Source: Proteromonas lacertae
Taxonomy: Eukaryota
Reading direction: 5' to 3'
Assembly (NCBI GenBank): GCA_002245135.1
Contig: NGBS01000917.1
Location: forward strand, 1-36,930
DNA length: 36,930 nt
In this document: piece by piece, positions 12,828-27,215 of the stretch
Numbering within the stretch: position 1 is the stretch's first letter
Layout: each line of letters begins with the position of its first letter
Position numbers and translations under genes: made by a program
Notes under the pieces: generated by a model
What the model saw: only the letters and a program-made list of their open reading frames with translations
What the model was told of the DNA's origin: nothing
Database searches by the model: none

Positions 12828-14418
12828 ATGATTAACAAAATCATAAAATTATATTCAAAACCATTTTTATATAGGATGATATCTTCAAAAAGCATCAAAA
12901 TTGAATCTGAAAGTTTAAAATTATTGAAACAAGTATTAAATTATTGTTTACTTAAATTAGATAGAAGATCCAATCATTAAAAACAAAGATATTTTGACTT
13001 TGGGAAGAATTAAGAATTTGTCTCAAAAGAATACAAATATTAGTTTTGATGTAGTATTTCCCACTAAAGCTTATCCTAATCAGAATCAATTAGTAGACTT
13101 AATTAAATCTAAATTAGCTCCTATTTCAAAACAATACAAAATTGATATAAATCCTTCAATTACATATGCAAAACCATTTTACTGTGCTAATACATCAAAA
13201 GTACCAGGTTTAGCAAATGTAAAACATATTATTGGAGTTAGTAGTTGTAAAGGAGGAGTAGGAAAGTCAACTGTTTCTGTTAATTTGGCATATTCGTATT
13301 ATTACAATAATCATAATTATTCGTTAATAGATTAGCCAAATTAGGTGGAAGAGTAGGATTACTAGATTCAGATATATATGGACCAAGTTTACCATCAATG
13401 ATTAATCCAACAAATACAAAAAGTATAATAATTATTATAATATAGAATAGTAAAATTTGATGGTGAATTTTATTATCCATTAGAATATGAAGGTGTTAAG
13501 AATATGTCTTATGGATTTATTAATAACAATGAAGAAGAAGCTGCTTCAATAAGAGGACCAATTATCAGTGGATATTTAATGAAAGTATAAATAATAATTA
13601 ATATATAATATGAATAGTTGTTAGGTTATACAAAATGGGGTGATTTAGATTATTTGATAATCGATCTTCCTCCTGGTACTGGTGATATACAAATTACACT
13701 TTGTCAACAAACATCATTATCTGGTTCGGTGATTGTTACAACTCCTCATAAATTAAGTCTTATTGATGTTCGTAAAGGCATTAACCTATTTGCTAAATTG
13801 AAAGTTCCTTCTTTATGTATTGTTGAAAATATGGCTTATTTTAAACCTAAAGATGAAGTATATTACCCTTTTGGTAAAGGCAATACAGAGAAATTATTAG
13901 ATGAATATGGAATAAAAGAATTATTCAAGTTTCCATTAGATTCCACTTTATCAGAATCATGTAATTATTCTATTCCATATATATTGAAATATCCACACAA
14001 TGAAATAACAGATAAATATTTTTCTTTAGCAAAACATGTATAATATTATATATCATTTTCTATATAGATTGTTAAACAATTAATAATAAATGATTCTCAT
14101 CCAATTGTTCATCCAAATTTGTATTATAATCCTAAAACTGGTTTGCATTTGAGAATAGTTTCCAATGAATCAGCTAAAGATTATGTATTAAACTGCAAAG
14201 ATATTCGATTATCATGTAAATGTGCTGAATGTATTGATGAAATGACAAATGAGATAAAAATCAATGGAAATAATGTTTCAGATGATGTATATCCAGTGAA
14301 TATTACAAGTAAAGGTAATTATGCAGTTCATATTGATTGGAGCGATGGTCATAAAGGCTCAATTTATACATTTTCATATTTAGAGAAATTAGCAGAATTA
14401 TCAACACAGAAGGAATAA
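12828..14418 (+). CDS. HCF101: HCF101-type Fe-S cluster carrier (DUF59 - Mrp/NBP35 P-loop ATPase - DUF971) with N-terminal extension
   Basis: [19 protein letters not shown] (DUF59); [58 protein letters not shown] (Mrp); C-terminal [30 protein letters not shown] (DUF971). Confidence 0.9.
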
Positions 14419-14627
14419 TTAATGATGTTTATAACATTAATATTTTTATATTTTGTTTAAGAGTAGTTTTGTATTAAATTCATATAAACATCCTTATATA
14501 TTGTAAATTGCTGCAATTTTACAATAAAATTGCTTATATATTATCATAATATTAACATGCTAATAGTATTTAAAATATTTACAATAACTTGTAAAGTAAT
14601 TGAATTAATTGTTTATTAAAAGGTTTA

Positions 14628-17600
14628 CTATCTGTTTAACATAGATCCCAAACCATAATTAATCACTATTCTCAAATTTCTTTCCAACAAATCATAATTT
14701 GAATAATCTGGTAAATTAATTCGAAAGAAACACGTACTTGCTGATGGTAGTCTATTTGTTAAGTCATATTTACATATTTTAAATTTGCTATTCCAATTTT
14801 CTCCTTTCAAAGGTAATCTACTTCTTCCCCAAACAAATTTGATGAATTTTCTTCTTTCTTCATTGTTAAAACTCTCCATTACTTTCCAAAAATCAATTAT
14901 TGTTTGACTATTACTATCATATCCACTGTAATTAGTATGTTGTTTTAAATATTCAATATCTATCTCTGCTTTTCCACACACAAATTCTTCTATATCATCT
15001 CCATCAAATAAGAAGAAATATGATTGTGGAATTACACTATACAATCCTTTTAATATTGATTTTATTTGAATATCACATCGATGAATAAAATAATTGGTTA
15101 TTAATTCACAATGTTTTTCTTTATTCTCCATATTCAATTCTTCTTCAATTCCTGCATTTAGATTGATTATCTCACCATTTTCATCACTTATCACAAATGC
15201 TGGTTGTTTTGGTAATTCTTCTTCATTTTTGGCATTTCTTATCTCTTCTAAATTATTATATAAATATTGATCTAAATCATAGATATCTTCATATCTTAAT
15301 TCATTTCCATTAAAAACATTCCAAAAACATTTGGGAAACATAAATGGTAAACAAGCATTTGATAATATTGAATATCCCATTATTCTACCAACAAATTCAT
15401 ACATTTTCAAATGTTCTATCTCTTTACAATTTGGATTAGGAATAAAACAATCAGTATCAATACCATATTTATGTTTATTGTTATTTGTTGGAATAAACAA
15501 ATCAAAATGTTCACTGAATAAATCTTCAATCATTTCTTCTAAACATTCTCTATAAGGTCCTCCTGCATCTTCTGCTGATTCATTTGCAAAACGAACTGTA
15601 AATACTTGATATCCATCACATCTTGCAAACCATAGTTTCTTTCCATATACATATAATTGGTTGTATAATTTCTTAAAAACACAATTTGATTGTAATAAGT
15701 TTGTTATTTCTTTTTCTTTTTCATTATTTGCTTTAAATCTATCAATTTCAACATATATTCGACTTTCTCCATATCTATTTCTTAATTCATTCTTTAATTG
15801 ATTTAAATAGTCTTTCTTTTGTTTCTTTGCTATAAGAATCTTATTCTCTTTAATCAAATATGCAAAACTACCTTTTACATTTAATTGAGACAAATCAACA
15901 TATTTTAATACCTCAATCATATTCTTTCCTATTATATCAATTGTATTATTCATTTTTTCAAATACATCCCATGTTGGAATATTATCCATTCCATTTTCTT
16001 TTATGTATTGATTATAAACATCACTTTCTGGAATAGAATTTGTTTCATTAATTCTGTTTATAACATTCATTATATTTGTTATTTCTTCATAATTATGATT
16101 ATATGTCTCAATTTCTTCTTTTATTTCTTTTTCACCATTATCTTTTATTACTTTTAAATATCTTATAGAATCATTTATTGGTATAACTGTTATAGATAAC
16201 TTGTACTTTGATGATTTTGACTTTAATAATTTCATTTCTATACTTATTCTAGTGGTATTATTTATTTCAACAACTAAATCATCATCAAATTTACCTGAAA
16301 ATTGCTTAGTATCATTGTTATATATTATATTTATATTTTCTTTTCCAACATTTGTATCTTTGTGAATAATCACTTTAAAGTTATTAAAGCAATTACATTC
16401 ATATTCATATTTCAAATATCTGTTTTTACGAGGATATGAAGATGCTTCATATGTTTTTGTATAATCATTTATTGAATTTGAATAATTAAATAAAGGAATA
16501 TATTGATTGATAGACATTTCATATAACAATGAATAAACTGATGATATTTTCTCTATTGATATTTCATCACTTTCTAATTCATCTATATTTATTGGATTTG
16601 AATGATATTTTGACATACAATATAATTCTATCAGGAATAAATCTGTATTGATTTGTTTATTACGGTTTTTAACATTATTAAATGATTGTAATGCTAAATC
16701 ATCTATTTCTTTTGATTTTGTAAGTCCATCAACAATTCCATCATCTTTACATAAAATCATCAATAAATTCATTATTTTTGTTTTGTTTATAGATTCAATA
16801 GACTGTTTCATCACAATATCTAATATTTGCTGCTTTAATTCTTTATTTATATTTGATTTAAGCAACAAAATACTTAATAACCATAATGACCATTCCAAAT
16901 TTGGATAGGATATAATATTCTTTTCTAATAATTCTTCATAATCTAATCCAATTACAAACATTCTATATCCCCAACTTATATCATCACTTTGATATGAAAA
17001 TTTGTAGAATAAAGTGTTGGAATTTACTACAAAAGATTTAAGACTATTATCTTCATCAAATCTTTCAAAAGTATTGTTACATCTTTCATCTAAATAAAAA
17101 CTCAAACTTCCATTTCCAATATCACTCTTTTTATCAAATATTATCACCATTGATTTACAATTTGGAAGATATACTTTTCCTGTATAATTAGAACCACTAT
17201 AAAGTGGATGTAATGATTCTATCACTTTATAATTAGTAATTGATGATGTAACTGAAGAATGATTTAAATGCCATAGTATTTCTTTTACTGAAAGTGATAT
17301 AATTGATGATAAAGAATACTGAATATCTTCACATGGAGATATTTCATTTCCTATTCTAATTTGATTATTAATTCTATCATTCTTTAACATGCCAACATAC
17401 ATCTTTGTCATTATTTCAAATGAATCATCATATTTTGAATTTTCTATTACATTTGATAATATCTTTGTATTTAAAGAATTTCCACTACTTAATCTTTTAT
17501 ATAATTGAAGAAATAAATATGGATCTTCAATTGAATAAACATTTGGATTATTAACCATCAGATTTATTATTATATCTCTATTTGTATTTATGATTAATGT

Positions 17601-20600
17601 ATTTGTTATTTCATTTATATAATTCAATGAATCATTTGTATTACATATCTTATAACCATATTTATCATCTATAAAGTAAACTTGTTTTGTCAATAAATCA
17701 TCTTTAATACTGATTATTTTATATTCATTCTTATACATTGTAAGAAAGTGATTCTCTTTATTCTGCTTATATAAAAATATTGCTATTTCTTTGGTTGGAT
17801 TATTCAAATATGGCTGATTAGCTAAATATACTATTTGACCAATTTTTAATGGAATTTTACTGTCATATTTTGATAAAATACAATTATTAGAAGTTTTATT
17901 ATTTAAAACATTAGAAATATTCCCTTCACATATTTTATAATAATCCATCTGTTGCTTAATTAATAAATCTCTTGATAATTCACCTTTAAACATCTCTTTT
18001 GAATAGTGTTTATATTTCTCTTTATTTTCTAATAACCAATTTGCAGCTTCATCTGGATCTTTAAATAATTCCATTGCTTTTTCAACAAGTTCAATTGAAC
18101 AACCTGTTGTTTCACATAAAATTTCTTCACTTTGACAATATGTAGTTGATTTAACAAATAAATAATTCATGGAATAAAACATATTGGAATTGAATGTTAA
18201 TATATGCGATAGTTGAAGTGTTGATAATGATAATGGAATATTTGATATTGACAATGAGATATTCAATAACGATTTTATTATATTCTGTAATAAAACAGTT
18301 GGAATTGATTCATAATGATTATTAACTTCATATTTCAAATACTTGAATAACAATAATGAGATTGTTTCTATTTGAACAGAAAGAGATTTATTCAGATTAA
18401 TATCATTTATATCATATACTACTTTTATTAAATCACATAATAGTGATGAATATGGAGTTTCATTTAATGGAATTGATGGAATATTCATTGATATAATTGA
18501 ATCATAATCAACTTCATATATCTCTTTTGATGATTCTATTTCAACTTTCAACTTTGAATAACATTCTTCCATTTCTATTACTCTACATTTTGATATAATT
18601 CCTTTCATATTCACTTCAACGATAGAATCTTTAGAGATTGTTGATTGAATTCCACCATGAATTGATAATATTCCTACACTTATATAAATATCATCATTCA
18701 TTCTAAAAGAATCAATAGATTTTAATGATTCAATCAGTTTCTCTACATATATATATGAGATTCATTGAATAGTAATGCGAATAATGATTTATTATTTATC
18801 ACATTTCTTAAAAATTGGAGTAAATTTGTCTTTTTCCACATCAAGTTTCTTCCATTATAGTTATTATAAGAATTTACACAATTATCATGAGATGGGAATA
18901 TCATTCCTACTTTTGTATAAGGTAATTGACATTGCTTACATATATTTGATCCAATTTCATTATCACATTCACATGCGATACATTTCCATGCTGAAGTAGA
19001 TTTGATATTGTCATAATAATCATTTGTTTTAAATGTCATATTATCATCATATAATATTATTCGTCCTAATTCTAATAATAATATCATCATGAAATCTAAA
19101 ATTCTCTTTAAAAATGATGAATCAGTTGTTGATATTTCTAATACATTGCTTTTGATACATTTTAATATTAATATTTGATTTGGTATTGTTGTGTTTTGAT
19201 ATAAGTCTATCATCATTATTAAAACATTTTGGTTGTTAATCCATTCTTTTAATATTTCTAAATCACTAATTCTGTATAATTGTGATAATATAAGAGATAA
19301 TTTTCTACTAATTATCGATTCATCTTCATTTAACAGATCTAAATCAACATTTATTCCTTTTTCTTTATCATTTGATTGAATAAGTGACATTAACATATCT
19401 CTTTCTTTATCATATGATAATTGGATTTGATTTTGGTTATATTGTTTAATATTATCCATTTTTCTTTCTAAATATGTAAATAATGATGATGAATGCGGAT
19501 TTGATGATTGTATTGAAATATTTGTTGATGGTATAACGATTGGTTGATATGAAGGAATTTCTTCTTTTGAATTTTTCTTAAACAATTCTTCAAATTTATC
19601 TTCATATTTCTTTTCATATGATTGTTTCTTTATTCCACCATCTTTTATAATAGATGATGTAATAAACAAAACAATATTATTACATAAATCATCTATTGAA
19701 CAAGTTGCTAAAATAGCATCATGAAAACTTCTGTGAAAAGATGTTGTTGTTATACCACTATCAATATTTAATCTATGTAATTCATTACCATCTTCAATTT
19801 CCATTTTATTGTTTTCTACATTCTCCTTATTCTTTTCTTTTAAAGCATGACTAACTAGATATCTAATATTCTCCTCACTTATATATTTCACATATAAATG
19901 CAAATCTAAACCAGTTTCAATTCCATATTTTCTCCAAAATAAATCACTTAAATTCATTGACAATAATTCTAATAATAATTCGGATTTATTGAAATATCCA
20001 TTTGATATTGCATCATAAACAGATTGATGATAATCTTCTATACTTTTTTCTTCTATTCATTATAAACAATTAATATATTATACTTTTAATTTCATTTATA
20101 TCTTTAAGATGATAAATCTTGTTGAATCTAATAATATGATTGAATAAATCCATTATTTGTGATTCTTCTAATATCCAAGAATCATATTCTGTATAATTCA
20201 AATATAACTCTTTTACATATAACAAATCATTATAATACTATATGAAAATAGAATAATGAATGAAATATACTTGTTTATCAAAACAAATAATCATTGAATT
20301 CTTGAATGAAATTAAAAATCTGAGAAATTCATTTGATAATTCATAATATGATTTGGATTTACATCCATATACATCTTTTGAATAATGATGATAGCAGTTG
20401 ATTTCCTCTTCTATTGATAATTCTTTATTTTTATATTTTCCACATAAACTACATAAAAATCCATTCAATATCAACGAATTTGAACCATCATTATTCAATA
20501 GCAAACTATACATTCTCAAACCAGATATTCTCAATTTAGTTCTTATTTCTCTTCTTTCTAATAGTCTAATCATCATTTCATTACTTATTGAATTTCCATT

Positions 20601-23600
20601 ACAAATATAAGATAAAGCAACTTTCACTTTTGATTCTATATCATTGTTTTTTTCATTTGAATTATGTAATTCACATTGTTGTATTAAAATACATCTTTCT
20701 TCTAATCTTTTCAAATAATCATTCAATGTATTTGGTAATGAAAAATCAACATTTCTTCTTTCATTTTCATTTTCACTTTGATTCTCTCTTTCATTTGTTT
20801 CTTCTTCCATTCTGTTGTTATAAAACTGTTTCATTTCTCTTAAATGATGTATTACTCTACATAAAGTTATTATTATTGGTTTTATTGTTTCATAATCAAA
20901 TTCACTTTCTTCATTTTCATTGAATAATATAAACATCTTAAATATATCTAATGATTTTCCATAAATATATGATAAACTACATAAACATTGAATTATTGGA
21001 TTAAACATTTCTTCATTATTCATTATCAACTGTGGACCAATTATTCCATTAAGTTTTGTTATTATTTTAACAATGAATCTCATTGATTTATCTGTTGATT
21101 TGGATAATGAAGTGTATAATTGATTTGTCAAAGAATCACTTTTTGGTTTATTAATTGTTTGAATGAAACTATCATCAGATATTCTCTTATCAATTGATAA
21201 TTTTGATATATATTTGTTATTATCAAATGATTCTAATAGAAACTGTAATATTTGAGGATTTGTAATTGATTGTAATGATTCAAAGAAGAATTGTTTATCT
21301 GTATTTGTTAATCCTTTCATTTCGATTTTCTCTAATGGTTTTACATGAATCAATTCATTGAATTCATCATATTCATATTTTGATATGTAATTGTTTATGA
21401 ATAATAATATCATATTTGAGTATCTAATAAAGGTTATTGAAGAAACTAATGGATGAAAAGTTAATTCTGGAACTATTCAATTATAGTAATAAACAATATA
21501 CAATATATTCCATTATTCTCTATTTCATGAGGAATTAATCCAATCGCATCATAATTCATATTAAATGGAGTTTCTATTTCATAATTTTTCATTAATCCAT
21601 TACAAAATAATGGAGAATTTAACCAATATGACAACTTTTCTTCTTCATATGATATTGTAAGTGATTTTGTTAATTGAGAAGCACAATAACCACAAACATA
21701 TGAAATATAATCATATAAACATTCATTTTGGATATTTCGATTATTATTCATTATTTCATAAATATCATTTCTTAATCCAATCAAATCGGATGAAATAGCT
21801 GAGATAAATGGAAATATTAATTCATCTGATTGAACTTTGGTTATAATAAACAAAATTAAGAATAAATTCATTGGTAGTGTTTGAAACACAAATGAATATT
21901 CTTTATCAAAACACTTTGATGAATTTGCATTATTCAAATAATGTCTTACACTGATTAATAATGAATCTATCATTCTATTATCAATAAATAATAATAACAA
22001 TATTTATACTCAATAATATAAAGAAGCTTCTCTTTAAGATTACTATTATCAATTGTTTTAATTTCTTTCATAAACTGAAATACAGTTGATTCTAAAATGA
22101 ATTGTAGAATTTTTTCACCTAAACAATTTTCATGATGACTTTTAATTGAAGAGGAGAGTATTTTTAAAGTTTCAAAATGGAACATTTTGATTTTTGGATT
22201 GAAAACACCACTTTCAAGTTTACACATCTCTTTTTGGATTGGTTAATAATGGTTTAAATATTTCAACAATTTGATTTGATAAATAATTATCATATTTACT
22301 TGCATTTATCAATATTTCTAGTTTTGAACCAGGAGGTGAATCTTTGAGTATGTTTATACTATAATTCTTCATAATTTCTGATAATTTTATATTCTTCAAT
22401 AAATCTCTTATCTTCTCATTGTTTTTTTTATCATTAATCCAATCATTGTATTTCGTTATGGCTGTACAGATTGTAATAACAAAAGATTCTAATACATCTG
22501 AATAATTACAACCACTATTTGATAAATCATATGAATAAAAATAATTCATTTCTTTATTCAATAAATCAAATAACAAAACAATCATCTCTATATTATCAAT
22601 TGTTGTTTTTGGATTTGACATTAGTAGTTGAATGTAGTTTAACAATACTGACAGATAATGAGGATGAAGATCTAAAACATGCCAATTACCCAATCCAAGT
22701 TTGTTAATTATTCTGAGAAATTCTAATGGATAGTTAGAATAGTATAATTTCTCTTCTTCTTCATATGAAACTATCTTTGCATCGTTATTTGAAAGTTTTA
22801 TTTGGATGAATACATCAATCAATTTACCTCTATTCTCTTCATTCATTTTGATTCTGTCTATATTCATTAGAAATTGAAATAAATAATCTATTGCTCCTGT
22901 TTTTAATACCAAATCTAAGATTGCAGAAACTGTTTCATTATAACAATCTATCTCATTTGAGTTTAAAATATGATTGAAAAGTTTATCAAATATATTTTTA
23001 ATTGAAACATCATATCTACTATTTGATGAATTTTTTGATAAACTAACTGTATTTATTGATATATTCTCACTCTTCCCATTGAATAATCTCATTTCTAATT
23101 CAAATTGATTATTGAATGGAATTGTATCTTTTTTAAATACAACACATAGATTTTTATCTTTTACATCTTTTTTATTCAATTCATAATCTATTTCGATTGG
23201 TGGGATAATCTTTGGATTTCCATATTTGAAAATGAATTTTATTCTAAATGTAAATAAACAAAAGAATAATACTTTTGTGGCATTCTTTTATCTTTGAATT
23301 CTATATTTGCACTTTTAATTGGATCAAAATAATTATTTTGTTTATTATTATAGAAATGACATACCAAATCATTATTAACAAATTCATCTATATAATTTAT
23401 AGGAAGTAAATTATACTTTTCGATATAATAAAGTTACAAAACTCTTCTTTATAAAAACAAATGTTATATAATTTTGACCTATTATATGAATAATAACATT
23501 AATTTATACAATTCATATTTTTTATTATATGCTTTTAACATCAGTTGAATTTCTCTTAATACAACCGAATTTATGATTGATATATTCTTTTCTATTTCAT

Positions 23601-24023
23601 TGATAATCTGATATTTATCATCTTTTTCTCTAGTATCAATCATTTTATAATCATTAGTAGATCTTGCCTATATAAATAACAAATAATAACATACTACTTT
23701 GACATAATTATCATTTTCTTCAATCAACAAAAATAGTAAGTCATTTATTCTCATTTCTACATCTTTACTTCTTTTGGATGTAAATTTAGCATAGACATTA
23801 TTTATCTGATTGTCATACCACTTTTTACAAAAATCATCTTCTTCTTTCAGCTTTTTGGTAAATACACTGTTAGTTTTCTATAATATAACCATAAATATCA
23901 TACATTAGGAGTTTTGATATCGATCTTGTATAAATTATCAAGTAATAGCGAAAATTCTACTTTTTCTTCTTTATTTTTGCCAATATCTGCTACATTGGCT
24001 GAATAATATGAAGAATAACTCAT
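14628..24023 (-). CDS. Very large multi-exon HECT E3 ubiquitin ligase with RanBP2-type zinc finger and UBA-like domain
   Basis: C-terminal HECT (FANESAEDAGGPYRE, FIKFVWGRSRLP, catalytic LPSASTCFF); UBA-like LCETTGCSIELVEKAM..DEAANWLL; WKCIACECDN..CKQC finger; ESLHP..WGYRM beta-module. Collinear minus-strand ORFs joined by ~30-nt introns; start ATG at 24023 is inferred. Confidence 0.85.
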
Positions 24024-24896
24024 TCTTTATCTAAAAAATAAGAAAATGAGGTAATGAGTATGAAAGTGAAAGATATATTGCGTAAAATAATAGATAGATA
24101 TATACCAACTACAAATAATGCAAATTTAACTGCTTTTTTATATTCACTTGAGAAGAAAACAAAGAAATGCAAAAAAAGAAAAAACTTTCAATTTTCTTTT
24201 TTACAATAATTCTTTGGTTCTCTTATCACATATTACCTCCATAATAGAAAACAACCGATAAACATGTGCAAACTCATCATGAATTGTTGCTAATGAAAAG
24301 CACTTTATTTCAGAGAGTAATATCTAATTCTATAAATGCTATATCAGAATACGATATTTAATTAGCATTACTAAATTAATGTGGTAGTATTCATATACAG
24401 AACATAATTCAAACTACTAGAACATTTATGAATAAATAAACACATCTGAGAAGGTTGTCTATTAATAATAATGATTAATCTATATACATATTATTTCTTT
24501 CAATAATACTATAAAATATACTGCTCAACTCCTAATTAACTGAATTTACTGAACATTTATGCTATACAGTACTTTCCATCACACATAAACGCATCAATTA
24601 ATTTTAGACCAAATCTTATTCTTGTATATCATTTAATTAAAAGATTTTCAAATACCAGAAAACCGAAAACCGAATCTTTAATGATTTTTTTTAAATCTTT
24701 GTTTATAGTGGTTAATTACACTTTAAAGCAAATAATTAGTCAGTCAGACTTATCACCTTAGTCTCACGATTAATTATGAGAATACAATAATAATGAGTCA
24801 ATAGTAATAATAATAGTAATAAATTATGACATAGGTCACGATTAATCAGAATCTATTAGAGATGCAAGATTAATTATAGATTATAGTAATAAAATT

Positions 24897-25334
24897 ATGG
24901 AATCCTTTAATACTAGAACTATATATCAAAAAGACAAATTCATACATTCATTCGGAGAAATGAACATTAAATTAAATCCAACTAGAAACGAATTCGATTT
25001 AGTTGGAGATAGTATAGATGGATATTTAACAGGTTTTACAGGATATTTTGGAGGTGATATAAGAAAAAATAATAATGGTGTTTAATTAGATAATTCTTTA
25101 TTTTTTATAGGTTTTGGTGATATGGATTCAGTAGTAGCAAGTATTTATCCTGATAATATTGTATATAATATTAAATTTCCAATTGATAATATTAATCAAA
25201 AGAAAAAGAGAATCCATTTCTTCACAAGAGATTTACAAGTGAGTAAAAAACGAAAATTAGAAGAAGAAGAGAGAATGAAGAAAGAAGAGAAGGTTTATCA
25301 TGAGCTAATTATAATTAGTGACGAAGATGATTAA
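24897..25334 (+). CDS. Small orphan two-exon protein (~134 aa) with basic NLS-like patch and acidic C-terminal SIM-like motif
   Basis: A GT-AG intron at 25078-25110 joins the two listed ORFs in frame; ends KKRKLEEEE..LIIISDEDD*. Confidence 0.55.
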
Positions 25335-25431
25335 TTTATTATTATTAATATTATTATTATTGTTTTTTTATTGAATTGATGTTTAGTTTTTTTATTTATT
25401 ATATAAGTTTGATCATAATGTTCTTCTTTTT

Positions 25432-25492
25432 AAGGGAGAAGACTTCTATCTTCAATCCCCAATGAAGATGGGAGTCTCCTCCCTTTTTTTTT
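25432..25492 (+). other. Stem-loop of ~21-23 bp followed by a T run
   Basis: GGGAGAAGACTTCTATCTTCA pairs with TGAAGATGGGAGTCTCCTCCC (two G-U pairs, one mismatch) and is followed by a T tract. Confidence 0.8.
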
Positions 25493-26984
25493 CGAAAAAT
25501 ATAATTAAGAAAACAATTAAAACAATTCTAATTAATTACATTCAATCAAAAGAAACAAGAAAATCAAAAAGAATAAAATAAAGAAAATTCTAAGAAAATT
25601 ATATTAGAATTTTTTAGAAAATTACTAAAATATAATTTACGTAGTTTGACATAGGTCACGTATTTTTAAAAAGTTTGGTTCGGTGTGCCAGTAGACCGAG
25701 TCATACGGCTCGGTGTGCCAGAACCTTTATTTACTATTATTATATAGTACTGTTAAGAAATTGTATAACATTCTTTATATTATGATTTAGATTTAGATGA
25801 GTAAAAATGAACTTGTAAAATTTTCTTTTCAAACTGTAAACAAACTTGAGATATTTTTTGAAATTTCTGTGTTATAATTCACTTTTTAATTTTTAATTTT
25901 TAATATTTTACAAGTATTATCTTTACAATAATTGTAATTTAATATATTTTTTTAATTTACTTCTAATTTATATTTCTTTCGTTTTTATACCTCTTAACTA
26001 CATCATATCACCGGTGCTTATGTCAATAATGTATTTATTTTATCATTTAAACTACTTGATTCATATTGAAGACGAAGGTCAAATAAATAGAAACATAACT
26101 TTATTCAAACCAATAAGCATATATAGGGAAGTTTGGGTTTAGACGCGTGTTCAAAATTTGAACTCGCCTAATCTAGTTAGAGTTTGACTCTAATATTTTA
26201 TATTACTTGACTATAATTGCTTAATTAAGAGATTCTGAGAAGATGGTAGGGATAGCACAACTTTTTTTTGGTCTAATTTCACGATCTTTTAATGATTTGA
26301 GCATTTTTGATCCCAACCTATTGTACATAATAACTGTACACAGGATCTCCAGTTTTTTTATTAAATATCTTACTATTAAATGAGAATGCTCAAAATATAA
26401 TGTGTGATAACACAAGCTCGGCTTGAATATTTTTTTATATTTTATAAAATTTGAGCACCTGCCTCCTATAGGAAGCTAGGGCTTATTTTTGTTAATTAAT
26501 TAATAAATACTATTATTTTTTAAACTGTTTGACTTATTTACTATCTGAATAACTATCTTAAGCTCTATTTCAATCGTTTATCCCATAAAAACAATTTAAC
26601 TAAGTCATTAAGACATATTTATTTATAACTAACTGATAATTGAACCTTTTTCTTAAAAAACAAATCATTCAACTAAATTTTGGCAATCTTGTATCTATTC
26701 GAGGAAGTCAACATATTTTACATTTCCATAGCTTCTATTATTGTTAAATTATCACCTTCTTGAACATAATTTACTTACATTTATTAAACTACTAGCCATT
26801 GGATAAGTTAAGAATTTAGAATCATCTACTTCTCGTTTTATAATCATGAATTTTGATAATTTGCTTTCTAAAGCATTTCTTATACCTACAACGAAGTTAT
26901 CTCTATTGAATTGTAATTGATATACTTCTACTAATCTTTTCATATATTATAAAGCTACTTCTTTTATATTCAATTTACCTCTCA

Positions 26985-27215
26985 TGATTTAGCTTTGAAT
27001 ATCTAGCTTTTACAACCATTCTTTAAAATGTCTCAGGTGTAAGAAGACCTTTATCATTTGTAATTGTGATCTTATTAGCTTTACCAATACTCTCTTTTAC
27101 AACACTTACATTCAAAGCATTATTAGTTATTATATATTGTCATAGATTCTTCACCTTCAAACACTTGAATTAACACATCGAGTTGTTAATCACTGTATGT
27201 ACTAAATACTTGAGT
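26985..27215 (-). pseudogene. HSP70: Hsp70 substrate-binding-domain fragment with stops and an internal deletion
   Basis: [24 protein letters not shown] .. [28 protein letters not shown]..RMV matches cytosolic Hsp70 [50 protein letters not shown]. Confidence 0.85.

Larger units (their letters stand above)
24827..25660. repeat. Identical 14-bp direct repeat TGACATAGGTCACG at 24827-24840 and 25647-25660
   Basis: Seen directly; the core TGAC-N4-GTCA is palindromic. Confidence 0.9.

Noticed and set aside
740..14628. Blastocystis-style stop codons created by polyadenylation
   Set aside because: All gene models here have encoded stops. TGTTT-like words occur downstream of several genes but are too common in AT-rich DNA to call.
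15331..22707. Short plus-strand ORFs inside the HECT gene (and similar ones at 3594, 9783, 29327, 30420, 34565, 35417)
   Set aside because: Antisense or alternate-frame shadows of real genes, with no recognisable motifs.
1..24023. Alternative genetic code or mass pseudogenisation suggested by the fragmented ORF track
   Set aside because: The breaks coincide with ~25-40 nt GT-AG introns, and genes end normally in TAA, TAG or TGA.
25680..25721. CRISPR-like repeat-spacer
   Set aside because: Only two 12-bp units, eukaryotic context and no cas genes.
26560..26950. Ankyrin-like gene remnant
   Set aside because: Only a vague LVKLFLWDKR resemblance amid many stops; not supportable.
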